Shown here: positions 48,002 through 54,729 of the stretch, piece after piece
How positions within the stretch are numbered: position 1 is the first letter of the stretch
Layout of the letters: every line of letters begins with the position of its first letter
Assembly (NCBI GenBank): GCA_045863235.1
Contig: BTUM01000054.1
Span: 1 to 54,729 of the forward strand
DNA: 54,729 nucleotides
Direction of reading: 5' to 3'
Source of the DNA: Candidatus Xenobia bacterium
Lineage (GTDB): Bacteria > Vulcanimicrobiota > Xenobia > Xenobiales > QWHO01
Notes under the pieces: model-generated
What the model was told of the DNA's origin: nothing
The model's input: the letters and a program-made list of their open reading frames with translations, nothing else
The model's database searches: none
Translations under genes and position numbers: made by a program

Positions 48002-49021
48002 TCAGGGGGTCGGAATCGGCAGCGTGACCAGCCCGGGCGCCACCCGCTCCAGCGTGGGGCAGGCGCGCCGCAGCACCTGCTCACGCCGCGAGGGCCAGTC
48101 GAAGAGCGACTGGCGCTGCAGGGGCGGCCAGTAGTGGTTGGGCTCGCCCGGCCACCCCTCGCGCGGCCCCCCGTGGAACACCAGCCGCCAGTAAGAGCGC
48201 TCGGCCCCCTCGGGCACCGCCTGGGGCACCAGGCCGGTTTGCTCCACCACCTGGCGTTCACGCAGCGAGCAGGCGTGGCGCAACCAGGCCAGCTTCTGGT
48301 CGAAGCGCTTGAGCTGGCCCATGGCCAGGGTCAGAGCCACCGGGTGGGGGCGCAGCTTCAGGCCCACCGCGTTGCCCTGCCAGGACGTGCCGATCAGCTC
48401 GCGAGGCACCCGGTTGGGATGGCCCAGCAGCATCATGCGGTCGGCCAGCTCGGGGTCGTCGGTGCTGACCGCCCCCAGCTCTCCGCCCGAGATCAGCTTC
48501 TGGTAGCCCATCGACCAGCAGGTGACGGTGGCCTGGGCTCCCAGCGGCTGGCCGTCGTAAGTGGCGCCGTGGGCGTGGGAGGCGTCCGAGATGAGGGGCA
48601 GATCGGGGCAGGCAGCTCGAAGGGAGCGCCAGTCGGCCGGCACACCCCACGGATTGTGCACCAGCACCGCCTTCATGCGAGGAGTCCGGGCGCGCAAGAG
48701 ATCCGCCGCATCCATCGTCAGACTACCCTCGAGGCAGTCCACCGGCACCATCCGGGCCCCCAGGCTGGCTACGGCCGCCGCCATGCCATGAAAGCCATAG
48801 TCGCAGACGGCCACGTCGTCCCCGGCCTCGACTCCGCAGGCCCAGAGGGCAGCGTAGATCGAGGCGGTCCCGTTGCAGAAAGCCACCGCGTGGCGGTTTC
48901 CGGCAAACTTTGCAAAGCGCTTCTCGAAGCGGGTCAGGATGCCGCCGCTGGGCACCGAGAGGACGCCCGTGGCCAGCAGCCTGGCGACCTCCTCGATGTC
49001 CTCGGGGGTTACGTCCTGCAT
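48002..49021 (-). CDS. DegT/DnrJ/EryC1/StrS PLP aminotransferase
   Basis: FEKRFA, CNGTASI, SDASHAHGA, SMGYQKLISGGELG (catalytic Lys); ATG at 49021. Confidence 0.88.
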   Translation of the reverse strand: MQDVTPEDIEEVARLLATGVLSVPSGGILTRFEKRFAKFAGNRHAVAFCNGTASIYAALWACGVEAGDDVAVCDYGFHGMAAAVASLGARMVPVDCLEGSLTMDAADLLRARTPRMKAVLVHNPWGVPADWRSLRAACPDLPLISDASHAHGATYDGQPLGAQATVTCWSMGYQKLISGGELGAVSTDDPELADRMMLLGHPNRVPRELIGTSWQGNAVGLKLRPHPVALTLAMGQLKRFDQKLAWLRHACSLRERQVVEQTGLVPQAVPEGAERSYWRLVFHGGPREGWPGEPNHYWPPLQRQSLFDWPSRREQVLRRACPTLERVAPGLVTLPIPTP

Positions 49022-50028
49022 GCCTGATAGATCCGCTGGATCAGATCCACGGCCGCCAGAGCCTCCTCGGCGCTGGCTCCGCGCGAGCTCTCGCCCCGGG
49101 TGGTGGCCAGAAAGTCGGCCGCCTGCTGGCGGTGGGTGATGCCGTAGTAGGCCAGCGACGGCGGCGGAGGAGGAGCGTTGGCGGCCAGTTCGTCGAAGCG
49201 GGCCTGGCTGCTCTTCCACAGCTTGCGGCTCTGCAGGCGCAGGCGGTGGATCTTGTTGGGATAGGCCAGATCGTAGGCGATGGCCCCGTGGCTTCCGCAC
49301 AGCTCCACATAGCTGTCCCACAGCGAGCCGCTGGCCCCGTTCACGCTGAGCGCCCCCAGCGCTCCGCTCTCGAACGCGAGCGAGGCCACCAGGGCGTCCT
49401 CGGTCTCCATGTGCTGCGAGAAGGTGGTCATGCGGCCGGTTACCTGGCGCACCGGTCCGGCCATCCAGAGCAGCTGGTCGGCCACATGATAAGCCTGGTT
49501 GATCAGAACCGAGCCCCCCTCGGTGGCCCACTTGCCGCGCCAGCCGGCATAGTAGTCGGGGGCGCGGTAGCACTCCAGGTGGGCCCGCACCAGGTGGATC
49601 TGGCCCAGAGCCTCGGCCTGCACCAGCTCACGGATCAGCACCAGCGCCTCGTCGAAGCGGTGCTGCGAGACGGGAGCGGCCACGCGCTCTACCGCCCGGG
49701 CCCGCTCCACCACCTCGCGACCCTCCGCGACCTGGATCGAGAAGGGCTTCTCCACCAGCACGTGCTTGCCGGCCTGAAGGGCCTGGAGCGCGAGCGGGGC
49801 GTGCAGGTGGTGGGGCACGGCCAGGGCCACCAGCGAGACCTCGGGGTCGTTGAAGACCTCGGCCGGATCGGTGCTCGAGCGGGCAAAGCCAAAGCGCGCG
49901 GCCAGCTCGCGGGCCTGCTCCTCGACCAGGTCGCAGGCCCAGGCAAGCTTCACCCCCTCGAGCCGGGCGAAGGCGTCGGCGTGGCAGGGAGCCACCCGCC
50001 CGCAGCCCAGCAGGGCAAATCCCGTCAT
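49009..50028 (-). CDS. Gfo/Idh/MocA NAD-dependent oxidoreductase
   Basis: LLGCGRVA, VPHHLH, GKHVLVEKP, WRGKWATEGGSVLINQAYH; ATG at 50028. Confidence 0.9.
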   Translation of the reverse strand: MTGFALLGCGRVAPCHADAFARLEGVKLAWACDLVEEQARELAARFGFARSSTDPAEVFNDPEVSLVALAVPHHLHAPLALQALQAGKHVLVEKPFSIQVAEGREVVERARAVERVAAPVSQHRFDEALVLIRELVQAEALGQIHLVRAHLECYRAPDYYAGWRGKWATEGGSVLINQAYHVADQLLWMAGPVRQVTGRMTTFSQHMETEDALVASLAFESGALGALSVNGASGSLWDSYVELCGSHGAIAYDLAYPNKIHRLRLQSRKLWKSSQARFDELAANAPPPPPSLAYYGITHRQQAADFLATTRGESSRGASAEEALAAVDLIQRIYQACRT

Positions 50029-50795
50029 GACAAGAGCACCTCCGGATGCACCAGATCGATGCCCGCGGCCTGGAGCCGACCGGGCAGGGAAGGATCGCAC
50101 AATACGGCCAGCTCGGCCTCGCGCTGCTCGACGTAGGTCGAGCGCTCGCGCAGCGCCTGGTCGACGTAGCCCACGTGGCAGGCCAGCTCGATGGTGCCCT
50201 GGCCGCCCTTCAGCTCGCTCAGGGCAAGCTCCGCCGAGCGCACCAGGCTGGCCACGCTCAGCTCGCCTCCGAACCACTCCAGCACCGAGGCGTCGGCGCA
50301 GGTGACCCGGTGGCGCACCAGCTCGCGGGCCAGGATGTAGTGCCCGCTGCGGGCCGGCAGGCGCCAGCGCCGAGCCACCACGCAGTAAGCTTTGGTGACC
50401 ATGGGGTTGCGGTGCAGGTTGTGGTGCACGTCCAGGTGGGTGGGCCGGATGCCCATCCCCGTAAGCCGCTCGTACTGGGCCTGCCACTCGGACAGGATCT
50501 CGCGCGAGTCGAGCTGTCCCAGGTTGCGCCACGAACGCGGGAAGCGCCCGTCCGGACCCACCAGCGAGGGGATCTGCTCGGGAGGCAAGCAGGGCGTGCC
50601 GTCGGTGAGCTGCAGGTGGAGCCCGATGTGGCCCTCGATGGCACCGCCCATCCGGGCGGTCAGCTCGGCCGACTCCTGGCCGCACATCATGGCGCTGGTG
50701 GCGGTGACGCAACCTGCCTGGATGGACTGGATGATCCCCCGGCTCACCCCCTCGGTCAGCCCGAAGTCGTCTGAGACGATGTAGAGTCGCTTCAC
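50025..50795 (-). CDS. ChbG/HpnK (YdjC) family carbohydrate deacetylase
   Basis: SDDFGL, IGLHLQLTDG, PTHLDVHH, ELACHVG, REAELAVL. Confidence 0.9.
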   Translation of the reverse strand: MKRLYIVSDDFGLTEGVSRGIIQSIQAGCVTATSAMMCGQESAELTARMGGAIEGHIGLHLQLTDGTPCLPPEQIPSLVGPDGRFPRSWRNLGQLDSREILSEWQAQYERLTGMGIRPTHLDVHHNLHRNPMVTKAYCVVARRWRLPARSGHYILARELVRHRVTCADASVLEWFGGELSVASLVRSAELALSELKGGQGTIELACHVGYVDQALRERSTYVEQREAELAVLCDPSLPGRLQAAGIDLVHPEVLLS

Positions 50796-51790
50796 AGGGC
50801 GGCCTCCAGCAAAAAGCGCGCGGCCCGCTCGGCCCCGTCCACCCGGAAGGGCAGCTCGCGCCGGCCCCGCCAGGCCAGCGCCTCATCCAGCACGGCCGGG
50901 TCCAGGCGCCGCAGGCACCAGATGCCGCTCAGCCGGGCCAGGGCCTCGGCCCGCTCGAGCTGCTCGGCTCCGGATTGGGGGGTGTCAAGCGGAGCCAGGA
51001 TCACCGGCAGGCTGCTCCGGGCCAACGTGTAGGCCGTGTTGTAGCCGGCCCGGGCCACCACCAGCGAGGCTCCCCGCAGGCTCTGCTCGGCGGCGCCCTC
51101 GCTGAGCACCTCCAGGTCCGCCGACGAGACGAGCCTGGCATCGCTCAGGGGACCGAGCACCACGCGCAATCGGGCCCGCCCGCGCAAGCTGTCGCGCAGC
51201 CAGTCGAACAGCTCCGCCCCGCCGGCACCGGCTCCCGCCAGGGCCACCACCAGAGGCGGCTCGGAGGGTGGACCCGGGTCCTCGGGAGGGCGCGCGATCA
51301 CGCCGCAGTAGTCCCGCTGAGCGGGCAACAGCTCCAGGCCCGACTCGAACGGGTCGCACCAACCCGGATCGGTGTAGGCCAGGGCTGCCTGATAGCGCGC
51401 CAGGGCGGCGCGCAAACGCGGATTGCGCGGACGGGTGCCGGGCGAAGCGTAGGGCAGGCCCCAGACGAACCGGACCCGGTCGTGGGCGAGCAGGCTGTCC
51501 ACCAGCTCGCCTTCCAGGCCCAGCGGCAGGTGATCCACCAGCACGCAGTCGGGATCCCAGCTGGCGATGGTCCTTTGCACCAGCGCCCGGCGCTCGGCCA
51601 GGTTCTCGCGCTGCACGGCCGAAGGCAGTTTCACCAGCTCCACCGCTCCGCGCGGGGTCAGGCCTTCGACCAGCCCGCTGGCCAGGAGCGCGCAGCGAGC
51701 CCCGGCTCGGGCGGCCGCCTCAGCGATGGCCAGGGCGCGCGAGACGTGGCCCAGCCCCAGCAGCACGTGCGCGTAGAAGAGCAATTTCAC
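50792..51790 (-). CDS. GT-B glycosyltransferase (GT28-C-like)
   Basis: LGLGHVSRALAIA, LVDHLPLGLEGEL, AGAGAGG, ARAGYNT, EQLERA. Confidence 0.82.
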   Translation of the reverse strand: MKLLFYAHVLLGLGHVSRALAIAEAAARAGARCALLASGLVEGLTPRGAVELVKLPSAVQRENLAERRALVQRTIASWDPDCVLVDHLPLGLEGELVDSLLAHDRVRFVWGLPYASPGTRPRNPRLRAALARYQAALAYTDPGWCDPFESGLELLPAQRDYCGVIARPPEDPGPPSEPPLVVALAGAGAGGAELFDWLRDSLRGRARLRVVLGPLSDARLVSSADLEVLSEGAAEQSLRGASLVVARAGYNTAYTLARSSLPVILAPLDTPQSGAEQLERAEALARLSGIWCLRRLDPAVLDEALAWRGRRELPFRVDGAERAARFLLEAAL

Positions 51791-52092
51791 ATTGCGACCG
51801 GATTGGCGCTCACCACGTCCTCGTAGTGCGAGTCCACGAACAGGGCCAGGTCGGCCACCGACAGGTCCTTGCGGAACTGGCCCTCCTGCACCAGCAAGAG
51901 CTCGTATCGCAGCTTGCGCCCCAGCTTCATGTCCAGGGCGGCCAGCAGCTCGAGCAGGTCGACCGAGGAGAAGCCCAGGTCAGCCGACAGGGTGCTGGCG
52001 GGCGTGAGGGGCTCTTCCAGCTCCCAGTCTCCGGTCATCTCGGTCAGGATGTCCAGGATGGAGCGCTGCAACTGGTCCTTGTCGGGTTTCAC
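51787..52092 (-). CDS. acyl carrier protein
   Basis: LSADLGFSSVDLLEL, SVADLALFV; acidic, 101 aa. Confidence 0.85.
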   Translation of the reverse strand: MKPDKDQLQRSILDILTEMTGDWELEEPLTPASTLSADLGFSSVDLLELLAALDMKLGRKLRYELLLVQEGQFRKDLSVADLALFVDSHYEDVVSANPVAM

Positions 52093-52143
52093 GGGGATCC
52101 TCCTCGAAATTTGCCCGCCCCTTCGCGCCTGGCAAAGGTTCTC

Positions 52144-54561
52144 CTATCGAGACTGGACGACCCCGGGTCCGGGTTCCACCCGGACGTGGTCGGGCTGCAG
52201 GCTGACCTCCAGAGAGTCGAGCAGGGCCGGACCGTGGACGCGGGGCCGGCCCCCCTCGTCGGGCAAGAGCTCGATCTGATCCAGCTCGAGCCGGGCCCCG
52301 CGCTCGGCGGCCCAGTCCTGCACCGCCTCCTTGGCCGCGATCCAATCGGCCAGCGGCCAGCTGCCCCGCAAACGCTCGCGGGCGGTCAGGGCGCGGGCCA
52401 CCAGGGCCCGGCGCCAGATTCCCCCGGTGCTCTCCAGGTAGCCGGCCGGGAGCTGCAGGCGACGGCCCTCCTCGCACGCTTGCGACAGGCGGCGTCCCCG
52501 CTCGGGGTAGTGCAGCCAGTCATACAGGTGGGGCGGATAGACGTCCCACACGAAGGCGAAGCCCTGCATGCGCATGGCCACGGCCCCGGAGGCGTCGATC
52601 CAGTCCAGGTCGGCCGTTCCCGGGCTCTTGATCTGCAAACGGCAGGTCAGCATCGTGCGCGGGGGCGGGGGCGGACCAAACAGCTCCAGCCGCTCCACCG
52701 CCACCGGAAAGAGCCAGAAGCGGCGCTGGCTTTGCTGCAAGAGCCAGTAGGCGGCCAGGTGCCCGGCCCCGTCCAGCGTGTCGGCCGGCAAGAGCCAGGG
52801 CTCGTGGTGGCTGAACGGCACTCGCACCTCCACCTCGATCCCCTGGCTGGTGGCCGCCCGAGCCTGCCACAGCGAGAGCAGACCCTCGCCGTGAAAGAGC
52901 GACTCGTTGTAAGCGCGGGCCTCGAGCTGCACGGGCAGGGGCTGCCCGGGAAGCTCCGGCAGGGCGGCCGGCGGCTCGGGGAAGCCGGCCGCCAGCAACA
53001 CCTCGCAGCTGAACGAGAGCTGGTCTTGCTCGAGGATCTGGACGCTCACCCGGCCAGGGCCGCCGGATCGGGCCCGCACTTCGACCTGCAAACGGTCGTG
53101 GTCCAGGGCCAGCCAGCGCAGGCTGCGGGCGTTCTCCACCGCTACCGCGACCCCCCCCGCGAGCTGCACGGCGGCCTCGGCCGCCAGTTCCAGGGAGAAG
53201 CTGAAGGGAACCACCGGCAACCGACCCAGCCGGTGGTCGAGCAGAAAGCCTTGCCGCTCGGGCGAGAGCTCGATGCTGGCGCTCAGGCCGTCGGCCTCCA
53301 TCTGGCAAGACGTGAGCAGGGAGAGCGAGGGTGGCGGGGGGGGAGCCTGCTGCACGCCTCGGGCTGGCCCCTCGCAGAACAAGAAGGCGGCCACTTCCAG
53401 CAACTGGGCCACCTCCGAGCGTCCTTCGGCGGCCGTGGTCCAGGCGCTGTGGGGAAGCGAGCGCAAGGTGTCGCGGACGAAGCCGGCCAGCCTTCCCCCC
53501 GGACCCACCTCGATGAAGTGGCGGATTCCGTCTTGATGCATGCGCAGCAGGGTCTCGCGAAAGCGCACCGTGGTGGCCCACTGCTCGGCTGCCAGGGCCC
53601 GGATGGCCTCCGGGTCGTCGGGATAGGGCTCGGCCCGCGCGCAGGAGTAGACCGGGATCTGGGGAGTTGCCATGGGCAGGAGCGGATAGACCTGACTCTC
53701 CAGCTCGCGCGCCACCGGGGCGTACAGAGGCGTGTGGTAGGCGCGCCGAAAGGGCAGCCGAAAGGAGAAGGCCCCCCCCTGGGCCAGGCGGGCCTCGGCC
53801 GCCAGGATGGCCTGGCTCGTGCCGGCCAGCACCAGCTGGCGGGGGCAGTTGTCCAGGGCCACCCAGAGCTGGTCGCAGAAGCGCTCGAGGATCTCGCGAA
53901 CCAGCCCCCGGTCCTCGGTCGAGACGGCCAGGAAGTCGGCTTCGGGAGCGTTGCCCTGCGACTCGGCCTGGCGCCCGTGGTTGAACAGGTTATGGAGCAG
54001 CTCGAAGAGCTGTCGGCGGTCCTGGAAGGCCATGGCCCCCGCACAGATGAGGGCGGCGTTCTCGCCCGAGCTGGGCCCGGCCATAGCCGACACCTGCACC
54101 CCCAGCTCGCTCAGCGCCTGGGCCAGGGCCAGGCCCGTGGTGGTGCTCAGCACCCCCCCCAGATCGACCCCTGCCGGGCCGGCGTCGCTCTCCAGGAAGC
54201 GGGAGGGGCGGGGCTCGCCCCAGGCCTGGTCGAGCTCGTCGAACCAGGCAGCGACGCCGGGCAGCTCGCGCCGGGCGTCGGCCAGCATGCCGGCATACTC
54301 CGAGCCCTGGCCGGGAAAGAGGAAGGCCACCGGCTCGCCCCCGCGCTGCTCGTTCAGGTCGGCGAAGAAGATGCCCGAGCGGTGCCGCCAGCGGGGGGCC
54401 GGGCTCTCGGCCAGCCTCCTGGCGGCCAGGGCCAGCTTGCTGTCGAGCTCTTCCTGGCTGCGGGCCACCAGCGCCAGCCGGCAGGGCCCATCGGGGTCGA
54501 CGCTCAGGTGGGAGAGCAGGGAGTGGCGGTCAGCAGCTGACCAGGTGTAGAGCTGGTGCAT
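52144..54561 (-). CDS. PKS partner subunit: KS-AT linker, acyltransferase, dehydratase, partial phosphopantetheinyl-transferase-like domain
   Basis: RLALVA, FLFPGQGSEY, GPSSGE, AYHTP, FIEVGPG; DH LDHRLGRLPVVP and LDGAGH; WIAAKEAV...DEGGRP. Confidence 0.82.
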   Translation of the reverse strand: MHQLYTWSAADRHSLLSHLSVDPDGPCRLALVARSQEELDSKLALAARRLAESPAPRWRHRSGIFFADLNEQRGGEPVAFLFPGQGSEYAGMLADARRELPGVAAWFDELDQAWGEPRPSRFLESDAGPAGVDLGGVLSTTTGLALAQALSELGVQVSAMAGPSSGENAALICAGAMAFQDRRQLFELLHNLFNHGRQAESQGNAPEADFLAVSTEDRGLVREILERFCDQLWVALDNCPRQLVLAGTSQAILAAEARLAQGGAFSFRLPFRRAYHTPLYAPVARELESQVYPLLPMATPQIPVYSCARAEPYPDDPEAIRALAAEQWATTVRFRETLLRMHQDGIRHFIEVGPGGRLAGFVRDTLRSLPHSAWTTAAEGRSEVAQLLEVAAFLFCEGPARGVQQAPPPPPSLSLLTSCQMEADGLSASIELSPERQGFLLDHRLGRLPVVPFSFSLELAAEAAVQLAGGVAVAVENARSLRWLALDHDRLQVEVRARSGGPGRVSVQILEQDQLSFSCEVLLAAGFPEPPAALPELPGQPLPVQLEARAYNESLFHGEGLLSLWQARAATSQGIEVEVRVPFSHHEPWLLPADTLDGAGHLAAYWLLQQSQRRFWLFPVAVERLELFGPPPPPRTMLTCRLQIKSPGTADLDWIDASGAVAMRMQGFAFVWDVYPPHLYDWLHYPERGRRLSQACEEGRRLQLPAGYLESTGGIWRRALVARALTARERLRGSWPLADWIAAKEAVQDWAAERGARLELDQIELLPDEGGRPRVHGPALLDSLEVSLQPDHVRVEPGPGVVQSR

Positions 54562-54674
54562 TCGGACACGTTCGCACCGGCCGGGGCCGTTCCTGGCGCT
54601 GTTCAGGCGTCTGGAGCCAGCTGCTCCGGGTCCCTGCCGGGCGGACAGCCGCCCTGCTCCAGAATACGCAGGTT

Positions 54675-54729
54675 CTGCCCGGTACCGCCTCCATTCCAGC
54701 GTATACCCCGGAATCAGCCCGGTACCGGG
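54675..54729 (-). repeat. fourth copy of the GGTACC-rich dispersed repeat, truncated by the window end
   Basis: ctgcccggtaccgcctccattccagcgtataccccggaatcagcccggtaccggg is the reverse complement of 3430-3484. Confidence 0.9.

Noticed and set aside
49022..50886. Long N-terminal extensions of the DegT (to 49573) and Gfo/Idh/MocA (to 50886) ORFs suggesting fusions
   Set aside because: Extensions overlap the upstream genes in other frames; family motifs start at ATG 49021 and 50028

Overview
A ~55 kb high-GC bacterial window. It both starts (41-bp tandem repeat) and ends (hairpin-rich dispersed repeat) inside repeats, so it is probably a whole contig. Core and accessory genes include an M20 amidohydrolase, MoeB-rhodanese, an EamA transporter, a STAND-TPR-wHTH regulator, a TIGR03960/03936-type radical SAM fusion, a pilin/PilC cluster, glutamine synthetase III and a Ca2+/H+ antiporter. 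Four things stand out. (1) A probable split biosynthetic cluster: TauD dioxygenase, citrate-synthase-like enzyme, methyltransferase and a 2230-aa FabK/NMO-like ER-KS-AT-ACP-KR PKS on the + strand, converging on an AT-DH-PPTase-like / ACP / glycosyltransferase / deacetylase / dehydrogenase / aminotransferase operon on the - strand. (2) A SprT protease coupled to a HIT-PLD-SF2 helicase fusion, a candidate defence system. (3) An IS91-like remnant mosaic with two pairs of direct repeats around hicAB. (4) A GGTACC-rich structured repeat in four copies, two of them directly behind an XRE-nuclease gene. All calls are from motif recognition by eye; no searches were run.
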